This document shows, piece after piece, positions 44,101 to 54,362 of a DNA stretch of 64,000 nucleotides. The stretch is from Strigamia acuminata (taxonomy: Eukaryota). How positions within the stretch are numbered: position 1 is the stretch's first letter; each line of letters starts with the position of its first letter. The stretch is taken from NCBI GenBank assembly GCA_949358305.1, contig OX442314.1, forward strand, positions 12,710,001 to 12,774,000. The letters are read 5' to 3'. Position numbers and translations under genes: made by a program. The notes beneath the pieces were generated by a model. That model made no database searches. It was given only the letters and a program-made list of their open reading frames with translations, and had not been told where the DNA came from.

Positions 44101-45248
44101 CGTACATTATCGTTATAATGGACGTGGCGACTCGTTGGCCCGAGTTGTACGCCGTCGCTAGACCTTCAGCAGAAAAAATCGTTGAATGTATCTACGACGT
44201 AGCGTTACGTTACGGATTTCCACGTAAAATGATATCCGACAACGGACCCCAATTTATCTCGAAAATTTGGGGTAAGTTTTGTGAGAAATTCGGGATTGTG
44301 GCGTCACATACTTCGACCTACAATCCCAGAACAAATCCCGTTGAGCGACTCAACAGGGACATTAAATATGCACTAAGTATATTCACTGACATCCACAATA
44401 GGTGGGATGAATACTTGAGGGAGATCGCGTTCAGCATACGAACAACAGTCTCGAGGACGAGAGATTTTTCTCCGGCCTACCTCAACTTCGCCCGGGAGCT
44501 ACGAGTGCCTTGGGACCCACGAGTGGCAGAGTCAGTAAATGTCGTGGACCCTGAGAAACTACATGAGTACGTGTATAAATTGGAGCAAACCATCTCCAAC
44601 ACGTACAAGCACATGATGGCGCACATTTTTAATATGCGCGACCGCATTTTACAAGATAAAAGCGGTAGAAAATTTGTGAATTTCGAGATCAATGATTTGG
44701 TGTGGAAAGACACACACATCCTCTCAAATGCAGCGAGAGGAATCACCGCCAGCTTGGCCGACAAGAGAGATGGTCCGTATGTGATCATCGGCAAGCATGG
44801 CGGTAACGCGTATAAACTACGTAAGCTCGAGGACAATACCGAGCATAAGTCGATCCAGGTACGAGAGTTAACTCCGTACATTCCGGAATTCCCGCAAGAA
44901 ATGTGGGCAAAAGGCCAAGTCAAGTCTAAAACTGACGGCCAAATCGTCGATATGTTCGCTGGCGAGTCGGAAAAAGCACCGCCAAGTGACAACGAGGAGT
45001 ATTTCGACGCCCCTTCACCACCGGTAAACGAGATAGTTGAATCCGTTCCGGATCCAATTTTGGTCGGGGGGGAAACAGGAGAAACTCCTGAAACAAACAC
45101 AAAAAACACGGATAAAAAAGAAAACAGTAATGAGGAGGTACAGACACAAAAAACAACAAAAAATATCGTACCTGTCTCGACTCATCACCTGCGGCCCCGT
45201 GGAAGTAATCCGTTTATAAAAGACGGAAAGGTCGTAGGAAAGGAGTAG
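41178..45248 (+). CDS. pol: Pol polyprotein of element B (PR, RT, RNase H, IN)
   Basis: GLLDSGAD, YLDD, LHTDAS, HGHPLASH..CQRC, VDVMGP / SDNGPQF / VERLNR; visibly related to pol of element A. Confidence 0.96.
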   Translation: MKKKGFNKGFDKPPPVKEMGSDIANAQIQDRANNALQVITANAEAEAEEPNLLLEELPQVVEDTEEFRVFMCNVAVEYTSRLCMLPMTIEREKIMGLLDSGADRSFVSEDIVASLGLTDKIKGVNKNVRLKTANGMARPKGVILLTMEWLGGVEQHPFLVLPTCDRIFLLGLDLMASMEIQPNPITKSWNYIRNDRERPAIVVPPALIKEAADKTQWEKGLKKFVQDYNFKAFVAELQRDNVVETLVADAALELNEAAALRRVLLKYEGILSKKPGRTNRAIHEIKLTDNKPIRVAYKGMNPQKREIVQKMCQEMLDSGIVSEAQGEYATRVVLVMRPGSDPRLCIDYRPLNAVTEIDPIQMPSIESILRELSPFSWVTTMDLSKGYWQVEMRPEDKLKTAFYSPIGRLMFNVMPFGLVNAPSTFQRLIESVLGDILHQFVWAYLDDIVIASKTFEEHIEHIDQVLTRLAKAGLHVHPGKSKFCRKELAFLGYRIGVNGLAIGPEKIDAINRFPPPEDVKGVQRFMGMINFFGRLLPGLAEVAAPVTDLLKNENEFVWSNECTIAFNAIKRMLTEVGVMPLPDLNRPFILHTDASRVGLGAALLQTHVRDGVEQDLPCMFISRKLQGAEKNYNATELECLAVVWAIRKFRDYLEYTKFVVHTDHQALQWLMKLKEPAGRLARWQLELMACDLTIQYKPGKYNVVADALSRAPVSDPIDADDDGEDDSRIIYCPTSCHRWDLRKINEIPTASPADVKFCGFWTRLYQPAADNHPNAKKEFKLERRINDPLLSAFHAHVGRQMRSNPPTREEIIVQQKLDKKCQDRARFVLTGKYPPNLTRRQKRRYAHESIDYLLDDGLLVKHHPNHQDDLSESDTAVKVVIPASLIGRVLWLLHGHPLASHAGVSRTLYRATQLFHWTGMKKDIALFVHQCQRCQACKPRSKSPFETIFLGPYAPFDCLSVDVMGPKPVTGNKNAYIIVIMDVATRWPELYAVARPSAEKIVECIYDVALRYGFPRKMISDNGPQFISKIWGKFCEKFGIVASHTSTYNPRTNPVERLNRDIKYALSIFTDIHNRWDEYLREIAFSIRTTVSRTRDFSPAYLNFARELRVPWDPRVAESVNVVDPEKLHEYVYKLEQTISNTYKHMMAHIFNMRDRILQDKSGRKFVNFEINDLVWKDTHILSNAARGITASLADKRDGPYVIIGKHGGNAYKLRKLEDNTEHKSIQVRELTPYIPEFPQEMWAKGQVKSKTDGQIVDMFAGESEKAPPSDNEEYFDAPSPPVNEIVESVPDPILVGGETGETPETNTKNTDKKENSNEEVQTQKTTKNIVPVSTHHLRPRGSNPFIKDGKVVGKE

Positions 45249-46622
45249 AAAACGTTACGAGTCGATGGCGACGCTGAAAAACAAAAAAATTGACCGATCG
45301 ACAGCGCTAGCCATCAAAATCCGAGACTCTGAAAATTTCGCTAAGTCCAACAAAGCGGATATCGGTCGAATTCGCGTCACGAGATGGCGTGGAAACGCGG
45401 GACCCGTAGCAAAATTATCGGCACGGGTCGGATACCGCGTGCAAAAGACCCCGTAGCAGCGATCGCGCACGGGCGTAGAAACAAAGGAGCCCCGTAGCGT
45501 AACATGCGCACGGGCTGTTGCGCACAGTCATAAGCACCTGGTTCTGGAGTAAAATTACCCAGAACCCACCACGATTGCCTCGTTTTCACCCGGACTTCCG
45601 CTAAAATCAGCTGATCGTCGTCCGCACGTGATACACAGCGAGTGCATTTTTAACCAAGTTTTTGATCCATTTTACGAGAAGTTTTCAAGTTTTTTAATCG
45701 TGGTCTGACTGAACGCGCAATCCTCACGATGGATGAGGAAGGAGGGGACGAGGAAATGCTTGAAATACAGCATCATGACGAGAATTGGGACCCGGACATA
45801 AACGTAGTTCCACCCGATCAGGTAGTAGTCGGCATCGCCGCACGAGATTTAGCTCCGTGCGGTCGAATTAAAGATACACTTGACTAATACTTGACATGAA
45901 CGCTCTGCGTTCGAAATCGTGTATAATTATTATACTAATATCCACGATCGCGAGAGCGATTGTATTTTCTCCTATTATTTGTCTTCAAGGACGCGATAGC
46001 AGACAAACTGTCGCCTCGCTCCTTGAAGATGACTCACGACAATTGACACGAACGAGACAAAGGAAACGAGCTTTCTTTTTATATTCCAGAAATGGGAATA
46101 ATTTATTGGATGGATTTTGAAAGAATTTATAGAACGTTGTTTCTATTTTTATTTGCTATTTTATTTGCGAATTTTTTCCCGATGACACTAATTTATTATA
46201 GATTCGTTTTTTAACTCGACTTTAACTCCGAATTTTTGGAGTTATTATTAGACAAATTTATTTCTTTACAAGTTAATTCACGACAAGAACATTTGTTTAC
46301 ATGTTCTAAAATTGTTATTGGAGATTTTCACGAACGATTTCGCGAATTTATTGGTTTAAATACAAATTTACAGTTTAATTTTAAATTAAGCAATCCGAAG
46401 AAAAATTTCCGGATTAATACGCTCGATTCCGTCTCGTGGTTATCATTGGACGTGAACCAGATGTGCCAAGAAGACTCTTTTCTTCCTGACAAGGACGAAT
46501 CAATGAACAGGAATAGGACTCGACGAGCGGTCGCACGTTTCAGCGACGTTCCTCGAGCCCACCCCCTATTTATCTCCGTGTTATTGGCGATTTCATTAAT
46601 TATTTTGTTTCCATCATTGCAG

Positions 46623-49490
46623 ATGGAGCTCCGAGACACATGGGGAGCGCTCAGCCCCGCATGCATAGTGCGAGCGGGCATATATCGAGGCGTACTGCCC
46701 GATTTTCTGCGCCGCTGCTTTGGCGAAGATGCGAAGCCATACCGCCTGCGCGTATTATTTTCGCGCGCCCTCGCCAAGCGTTGGGTTAACGATTGTACAC
46801 TCCTGGACGCGTTCCCGGAGTCGGTGCGAAACGTCGTCGCTGCAGAGCTCGCTCGCATCGATGACCCGAAGTCACCAATCTTCCACCCGGCCCTGTCGAG
46901 CCAATACTCCGGCAGGCCGGCGGAGGAGCATGTGTTGTTCGCGTGGCAAGCGGCCGAGACCGAGGAGGCCCGCGAAGAAGTGTATCAACACTACCGCCAG
47001 CAGCTAATCGACACTGCGCCGGCGGTTGCAGAGCGGATTTTGCAAGACGACGGAATGAGCACCGCCGATATACATCTGTGGTGCGAGCAGATTCGGCAGG
47101 GAGAAGTTACGCCACAGTGGCGACCGAGAATGGGGATTCTCACGTCACAAGCTGAAATGTGGCAACTCCACTATTTGGGAATTCTCGGCCCCAAATATAA
47201 TTTCCCAAGGAAGCGCAAGCGCTCCAAGGGAACCGGGGGCAGCGAATCGCGCTCCCCGGGACGGTCGAAGAAACAGTGCGTCGAACAGCACTCGACCGTC
47301 AACGATGGAGCGGGAACGTCAGCGCAGCCACCGCGCGACCCCGCGAATTACACCAGACCAAGGGTGTTCGTCAACCGTCAGATGAAAGACGGTAAAGAGA
47401 CTCGAGAAGTCTGGATTTCGGGTGACGAAGAGCGAGTCTCTCGTCCCCGTGTCGGCAGACATCCGCTAACTCATCGTGAGCAGCGGAAACGAGACCGCAA
47501 AGAGCGGTATTTCGCTCGCTGCGAGGCGCGAGGAATTCCCCTTCCCGAACACGCTCTCAAAGCAATCGAAGCGAAGGAAGCGAGAGAGGCACGATCGAAG
47601 TCGAGTGGCCGATCTTCCGGGGAGCGTCGCGTCCTAGCGCCAGACACGCGGGACCTTCGCGAGATCATCACCCAGATGAAACGCAAGAAATTGTCTCGTT
47701 TCGACCCCGCGATGCAGTTCGCTCGCAAGATGGGCGTCGTCGAGCATGGTACCGTGATTCCACACGAAGTGGCACGGTGGTTAAGCGAATATGTCAATTC
47801 GCGACCGCGTGTAGAAAACGCGCCTACGGCCGTCGTTCCACCGACGAGTACTGTAAGCCAGCTCCCGGCACTCCAAGTCACGCCGACTGGAGTGCAAGCG
47901 ACGCTGCCACCGCCAACACAACAGTCTTTGACGTTGCTGTTGCCGACGCAGTCATCAACGTCGCAACCGTTGCCAGCACAGCAGTCCCTGACGCTGCCGC
48001 CGCCGACACAGCCGCTGCCGCCGCCGACGCAGCCCCCGCCGCCGCCGCCGCCGATGCCGGGTTCGAGCACTACGCCGAACTTGGCCGTCGACGACTCGGT
48101 GATGTTGCCCGTTCACCAGAGCATTGCGCGGGAATGCCATAACGCCCGATTCGGAGAATATTACCCGAGCAAGGCAAGACACGACCGCACCGCGATGTGG
48201 TATGAACAGCGTGACGAAAACGCACGGCTGGCTCGAGAAGCAGCCAATCCATCGATCGAAGAGCTCTTGGCCTTCGCATTTGTGATGGAGGACCCGAGGG
48301 CCGCCGCCGCTGCTCTGCAGGGCGCCGACGTCACTCAGCGCCATTTCATCGAGTGGGGGATTTCGATGATGCGGCACCACTCGCGCGCGTTCGCTGCAGA
48401 TCCTGATCGCAGCAACCCTGTAAATCGGCGCAGTCTACAGCTGGCTTTGACGAAAATCATGGTCCAGTTATTGACCCCCTCGCTCTTTGGGGTCGGACGA
48501 CAGGCGATGGCCTGTTGGTCCGTAGTAGACAGAGAGGGTGTGCAGATACCTCGCGCACTCGTTGGAGAATGGAGCGCCATTCTCCCCAACCCGGCGATGA
48601 CTCGCTTCGAGCTGACCCGGGACGTGGTGAACCCCGAATGGGAGGGGTATAAGTTGCGGAGCATGGCCTTCCGCCACGCCGTTACCACGTGGGAGCCAAC
48701 ACCGTCAGCGCAGTCACACGCAATGATGGTCACGAGTGAAGAGCCGATGGAGAGCGACGCCGCCTCTTCGACTGCTTCACGTGGAGCCCCAACTCCACCT
48801 CCGCCGCCGCCACCGATGCCACCAGCGGCGACGCCACAGACACCCGTCCTATCAAATGCGGCGGGTAAGCCTAGACGCCTGCTATGCCGGACGCCGCCAA
48901 CGATGTCCGCCGCTCGCCAGAGCCTGACGCCTCCCGCAGCCCAAGAAGCGCAGGAAGAGACTGTCCAGCAGGCAGTGGTTTCGAAGAGCGCCAAGCCAGC
49001 GAAAGCGGCGAAGCCTCCGACAAACTACTATGAGAAGTTGTGTGACGAGTTCTCTCAGCTGTCGATGACGACGGCGACGCGCAAATTCATCCTCGCGCAG
49101 AGAGACAAGGGGAAATCGGTATTCGTTTGGCTACACAACCAGGTGCGCCAGACCACCGATTTGATCCTCCATCAGCGTTTGCTGAGGGCCCACCGTGCGC
49201 CTCGAACGGCCGCGGAGGCGAACGCGATCCGGCACACCAATTCCGGGTTTTCGGCGTTCATTCCGCGGGTTTGGCTGCATGAGAGGAGACGTGCCCCGTA
49301 CGAGCCAGCCGGCGGCCACGCATTGTGCTTCATTTCCGAGCACGAGGACCCCCGCGACCAGTCTTCAGCCTTGGTTGGAGATCTGGTTTTGCCGCCCGGC
49401 GTTGTGCCGCCCGGCGCTGAGCCGCCCGTCCCTGGAGTGAGTTTCGCCCAGGCGATGGATCCAGCGTCGGGTCCCAGCAAGAAGGATTGA
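46623..49490 (+). CDS. ORF3 of element B: ~955-aa protein of unknown function (helical blocks, NLS-like basic motifs, poly-Pro linkers); not env-like. Start uncertain (frame open from 46236; upstream ATG at 46461)
   Basis: Long intact GC-rich ORF between pol and the PPT; ATG at 46623 follows TTTTGTTTCCATCATTGCAG; PRKRKRSK; PPPPPPP tracts. Confidence 0.82.
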   Translation: MELRDTWGALSPACIVRAGIYRGVLPDFLRRCFGEDAKPYRLRVLFSRALAKRWVNDCTLLDAFPESVRNVVAAELARIDDPKSPIFHPALSSQYSGRPAEEHVLFAWQAAETEEAREEVYQHYRQQLIDTAPAVAERILQDDGMSTADIHLWCEQIRQGEVTPQWRPRMGILTSQAEMWQLHYLGILGPKYNFPRKRKRSKGTGGSESRSPGRSKKQCVEQHSTVNDGAGTSAQPPRDPANYTRPRVFVNRQMKDGKETREVWISGDEERVSRPRVGRHPLTHREQRKRDRKERYFARCEARGIPLPEHALKAIEAKEAREARSKSSGRSSGERRVLAPDTRDLREIITQMKRKKLSRFDPAMQFARKMGVVEHGTVIPHEVARWLSEYVNSRPRVENAPTAVVPPTSTVSQLPALQVTPTGVQATLPPPTQQSLTLLLPTQSSTSQPLPAQQSLTLPPPTQPLPPPTQPPPPPPPMPGSSTTPNLAVDDSVMLPVHQSIARECHNARFGEYYPSKARHDRTAMWYEQRDENARLAREAANPSIEELLAFAFVMEDPRAAAAALQGADVTQRHFIEWGISMMRHHSRAFAADPDRSNPVNRRSLQLALTKIMVQLLTPSLFGVGRQAMACWSVVDREGVQIPRALVGEWSAILPNPAMTRFELTRDVVNPEWEGYKLRSMAFRHAVTTWEPTPSAQSHAMMVTSEEPMESDAASSTASRGAPTPPPPPPPMPPAATPQTPVLSNAAGKPRRLLCRTPPTMSAARQSLTPPAAQEAQEETVQQAVVSKSAKPAKAAKPPTNYYEKLCDEFSQLSMTTATRKFILAQRDKGKSVFVWLHNQVRQTTDLILHQRLLRAHRAPRTAAEANAIRHTNSGFSAFIPRVWLHERRRAPYEPAGGHALCFISEHEDPRDQSSALVGDLVLPPGVVPPGAEPPVPGVSFAQAMDPASGPSKKD

Positions 49491-49529
49491 TCGCTCCGAA
49501 CACCGGCGGTCAGAGCTGGGAGGGGGACG

Positions 49530-50525
49530 TGTGGTGACCCGACTGGGGTGGGGCACGAAGAGTTTCTCTCGTGGCCTACATACGGGTAAAGAAGGGGAGT
49601 CGCACGCGCGCCTCCCTTCCCTCAGAGCATTGACATCCAGTCAATGGACGGGCGTCTGCCCTGGGGGAGTGGGGGAGATTCGTCTTCTCCACTATTGGGT
49701 GGCTTTAGTCACCTGTCACCCCCCGCTTTGTGCAAAGGAATTCGCCTTGCACTGAGCGGGCAGAACCAACACAAAAATCAACCAAGATACACGTAAAAGC
49801 CAAACGTCCTAAAACGATCAAGCCTAAGTACAAAGACTTCAGGAGTGACCTAGGACAAGGGACTTTCAACGTGAGTACGATTGATTTGTGTTAACCTCCG
49901 CAGAGTAACCTGCGAAACAAGATTACCACACTATTTTAGCAAGCCAGCTAGAAATAGTAAACCTACTCCAATTTAGCGAGTTGTGCAGACAAACGGTCGC
50001 ACAAGCCTAAATTGCAGTAACCACGACGAGCGTTCCCGCCGCTGTGTGTATCGCCGGGAACCACCAAGCGTCCGCCGCTGTGTGATCGCCGGACACCTAC
50101 AAAAAACCCTAAACCTAGACAACAGACCAGAAGTAAGACCTTTCAGGCATTCACTCGCGCCCGACCAGCGTGAGCCCGAAGGACCGAACGAGAAACGTGA
50201 GACGAGGACGCCATTCATTGCCACGCCGGCCCAAGACGACACCACGTTGCCACGCGGACGCCATCTTGGATCCACAGCGACAAAGGACGACCTCGACCAG
50301 TTTCTCGCCAACTTCACACCCCTTTCCTTTTACCTTTTTATTCCCTTACATATTTTATTCCCTTTTAACTGTATATTCCCGTATAATAAATACATTTATT
50401 ATATTTACCTTTTACATTGTCTTGCCGTGTTACATTATTTGGGTAACCGCTTGAGTAAAGCGGTATTGCGAGATCAGAGAGTGACTCATACCACGTATCA
50501 GCGACAGACCGAGTTGAGCGCGACA
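49530..50525 (+). repeat. 3' LTR of element B
   Basis: Direct repeat of 37010-38005, preceded by the PPT. Confidence 0.95.
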
Positions 50526-51022
50526 CATCTTCATCTAGATCATCTACATGCAGATCATCTTCATCTAGATCATCTTCGCTCAGATCAAGATTTAGATGAA
50601 AAAAATCAAGATCAAAATCTTGATTCAGATCCATAGCTTGATTCAGATCAAGATCAAGATCCAACTTCTGACTTTGGACGTAACTCGTAATCACATCACA
50701 AGCTAGTTTGTCAATTTTTTTACAGTCGTAAATATGCAAATGATTCATTGGATTGTTCATTGCTAGCAATCTTAGAACTGTTGCAGAACTAATCCAATGA
50801 CAATTCTTCATGTTCGCCTTCTGGAGATTTTGAAGTAAATTCAATTTGATAAGCTCCGTGATCAAGTTGTCGGAAAAAGATTGACAACCCCAAACGAACA
50901 GGCTCTCTAAATTAACGGAATTTACAAATAACATTTGCAAAAGTTGTTCGCTTATTAAAACTAGTTGATCCATCGGTTGTTCACGAATTTTTAGTGTACG
51001 TAGCTTTCTGAATGGCTGATGA
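50526..51022 (-). pseudogene. 3' part of a BC-box/LRR paralogue; last codons lie at 36986-37009, beyond element B
   Basis: HQPFRKLRTLKIRE...LNLLQNL...acidic tail. Removing element B and one CATC gives ...DLDEDDLSEDE-stop. The 5' half is missing. Confidence 0.85.
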
Positions 51023-51906
51023 CTTTCAACTCCTAAAACAAGATTTTCATCGCAGCAAAATGCTAAACCCATATTCTCTCGAAAGTGTAAGTTTAGATGA
51101 GTGTACAGATGACGATTTCAGCGTAGTCCCACAAATGTTTCCGAATTTACGTAAGATTGATATTACGATAATTGAAATTGAAGACGAAAACCGTTTTGAT
51201 GTTATAGTTGCATCTATAATATGCAAAACGATGGAAAGACTGACTAGCTTAAAACTGTACAAGATCGCTACAGTCGATATTACGCAAATCGACCGTTTCT
51301 GCCCAATGTTGGAAAGTTTAACATTGTTTGCTTGTGCAATCAGTATTGGACCATCTAATTCTGATAATTCTGATAATGTAAGAGAAGTGACGTTCAGAAA
51401 TCTGCATTCACTTACGATCCACAAAGGACCGCATGAACAACTAAACGAAGGACTGGATGATTGGAATGAACTACTAATCGAAGGACCGGATGAACAACTA
51501 AACCAAGGACTGAATGAACAACTAAACCAAGGACTGAATGTACTACTAAACGTAGGACCAGATGAACAACTAAACACAATAACCGAACAACATTTTCGAA
51601 TGTTATTGTTAAAGTCAATTAATTTAAAAACACTATCGTTTTATAATTGTCAACGTTTTTCCGATAGTTTGATCACTGAGCTCATCGAATTGAATTTACT
51701 GCTAAATCTCAGAGAGTTTTGTATTACCAACTGTCACTCGATTAGTTCTGCAATAGTTTTAAAATTGCTAGCAATGAAAAAGTCCACTAAATAATTTGTA
51801 TATTCGTAAGTGCCAAAATATTGACCAACCTGCTTGTGATATAATTACTGATTATGTTCGAAGTGAGAATTTGGATCTTAATCTTGATCTTCGACGTCAC
51901 CATTAA
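51023..51906 (+). pseudogene. 5'-truncated BC-box/LRR paralogue with internal repeats and a late frameshift
   Basis: Begins at FQLLKQDF; internal GPDEQLNQ/GLNEQLNQ 24-bp repeats. One extra A in the run at ~51777-51781 shifts frame, and the family C-terminus continues to ~51906. The extra A could be a sequencing error. Confidence 0.82.
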
Positions 51907-52080
51907 ATTACTGCTCTTTCGTAAGTTATTTATCCTTTAAACAATTTCATTAAAACTGAAGGATTAAATTATTTCCATAACTTCGAGTCACTAAGGTCAA
52001 ACAACAATTCCTGTTCATAACTCAGATTAAGAAAAAATTATTAAATTATTAAAAATTATTCTTAAAATAAATGAAATATA

Positions 52081-52443
52081 CAGGGTGGTCAGAAACCTCC
52101 TCCTGCTTCATGATCTCTCCGCCATAGCAGACGTCCTCCGAAATGCTGATCATCCTGCTCATGCTATTACGGAATACTACCACTCTGACGTGAATACCCG
52201 GACGTCTCGGCGCCATAAGTTCGAGATCACGGTAAAGCGAACGACCTACCTACGCAAGACATTCCCTCATAGATGCACGACACTCTGGAATGATCTTCTC
52301 ATCGACCTCCGCACTACGATCTTTGACTGTGCTGCCTCAAAGTGTCGCTTCCACTGCTGCCACCTTCATAAGCATATAAGCAAACACCTATTAAACCAAC
52401 AAGCTCTTTCATAAACCTGTAACCTACTCCACTGGAGTGTCTC

Positions 52444-52475
<32 letters not shown>

Positions 52476-53225
52476 AGTCTGGTTCTATGTAAATAATTCC
52501 CAAACTGTTCTAGATGTTGATTCAGCAAAATTATTGTAAGGGTAGTATGTTGGGGGAAATCCAATTATGACATCCAATTTGACCTCTGAGGTCATCTTCA
52601 AGGTTATCCATATTGTAACTCGAGAACCGTGACAGATAAAGCAAAAAGATGAATTAGAAAGTTGTAGAGCATCATCCAATTGGTCTGGAACCATTCTTAA
52701 AAAAATTATTTCTTACTAAAAGGTTTTGAGAAAAAAGGTCTGAAACATTAGTCTACTCAGCATTGTAACTCAGCTTTGTAACCTAAAACTATTGAGGCAA
52801 CCAAGCTAATCCTCAATTAGGACACTTTATTTGGTATACTTGTAAGTGGAAGAGAGGAAACACAAAAGAAAAGAAATAATTTATTTTGGAAATACATTCC
52901 AACATGATTGTTTTAGGTTACAAAGCTGAGTAGACTAACATTTCAAACCTTTTTTTCTCAAAACTTTTCGGTAAGAGATAATTTTTTTAAGAACAGTTCT
53001 AGACTAATTAGGTGGTCCTCTACAACTTTCTAATTCACTTTTTCTCTCTATCTGTCACGGTTCTCGAGTTACAATATGGATGACCTTGAAAATGACCTCT
53101 GAGGTCAAGTTAGATGTCATAATTGGATTTCCCCCGACATACTACTCTTACAATAAGTTTGCTGAATCAACATCTAGAACAGTTTGGGAATTATTTACGT
53201 AGAACCAGACTTTCTGACCACCCTG
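52081..53225. mobile_element. Tc1/mariner-type foldback MITE with long inverted arms, interrupted by a LINE fragment
   Basis: TA|CAGGGTGGTCAGAAA ... TTTCTGACCACCCTG|TA; arms ~52477-52790 and ~52910-53210 are imperfect reverse complements. Confidence 0.85.
52096..52476 (+). mobile_element. 5'-truncated 3' fragment of the same LINE family as 20984-23814
   Basis: Near-identical to ~23427-23810 including the (TAAA)n tail; inserted within the MITE left TIR. Confidence 0.92.
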
Positions 53226-53369
53226 TATTTTTAGTTTCATTACTTTTTTTGCTTTAACCCAAAGTAGTCGCAGCTCTTATTCAAAAAGGGCATCCTGAGC
53301 TGCGGCTCTTATTACAATTGTTTATCATATTTTGATTAAAATTTCACTTTTTTTCCGTCGAAATTTCAC

Positions 53370-54048
53370 TTTTAGACTTCTAAACCTGATGTTTAGAAAG
53401 TCTAATGAAACGGTCATGTCCGCCTGTCTATCTGTCCATCCGTCGTCATCGATTCCGCAAAAACTATAGCAGCTAGAGCCAAACGGACAACTGCAATAAA
53501 CTCAGCATACCTATATTAGTATCCTAAGGTCTTTTCGTACTTCTCCGACCTCCGGTTGAATTAAAAAACCGGTTTTAGTACACTTTTAGCCGTCTATTCC
53601 GTGAAAATTACAGAAATGACGTCATATGACGTCTTTTCCGTAATTTTGTTGTTCCGGTGTATTTTGAACGCAAAAATCGGGACATTTCGGCCGCCATTGG
53701 GTAATAGAATGCGGCCGACTGTATAAAAATGTTCCGGCATATACAGTATAATTGCGAATTTAGGGATTTCATGTCGTAAATTATTATTTTTTTAATTTCA
53801 AATTAATTTCTTTATTTTTTGTGTGATACCAGACCTGACTTTAAAGAGTGCGCCAAGCTGTTACTTTTGAATTAGCTTGACGAAGACGATTGACCTTGAC
53901 GCCATTTCGAAAATATAACAAAATCAACAAATTTCCGAAAAATTGATTACAATTTAATTTTTTTTTTGGTGTTTTATTTAGGGGCAGAGGGACAGGGTTT
54001 AGAAGTCTAATATGTAATGCTTCCCTGCATTACAGATGTTTACTTGTT
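53370..54048 (+). mobile_element. DINE-1/HINE-like non-autonomous Helentron-associated element
   Basis: 5' subTIR TTAGACTTCTAAAC with adjacent inverted copy, GTCY-type microsatellite (~53418-53445), 3' subTIR GTTTAGAAGTCTAA, stem-loop TGTAATGC-TTCCCT-GCATTACA, end CTTGTT in T-rich context. Confidence 0.75.
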
Positions 54049-54362
54049 TTCCATTGATATTTCCATTTTTTTTATTGAAGTTTCACTGTCATTAAATTTT
54101 TATTTTTCTGAGTAAAATTTTAATTTTTTCCATTGAAATTTCACTTTATTTTTAAATTTTCTATCTAAATAACTATCAATATCGACGAATGTTACATTAA
54201 CAGTTTCCTGTTCGGCTACTATTCGAGGGCGGCTCTTATTTCAAACCACCTCTCTGAGGCGCGGCTACTATTCGAGGGCGACTCTTAATCGAGAACATAT
54301 GGTATTTGTATTTTTAGATCTTCATCTAAAAGTAACTGAATAATTTAATTCCAACCAATAAC

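Larger units (their letters stand above)
37010..50525 (+). mobile_element. Full-length 13.5-kb Ty3/gypsy retrotransposon B (LTR-gag-pol-ORF3-LTR), very recent insertion
   Basis: 996-bp LTRs at 37010-38005 and 49530-50525 with no differences spotted by eye, 4-bp TSD CATC, PBS at 38008, PPT GGGAGGGGGA at ~49518-49527, all ORFs intact. Confidence 0.97.
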
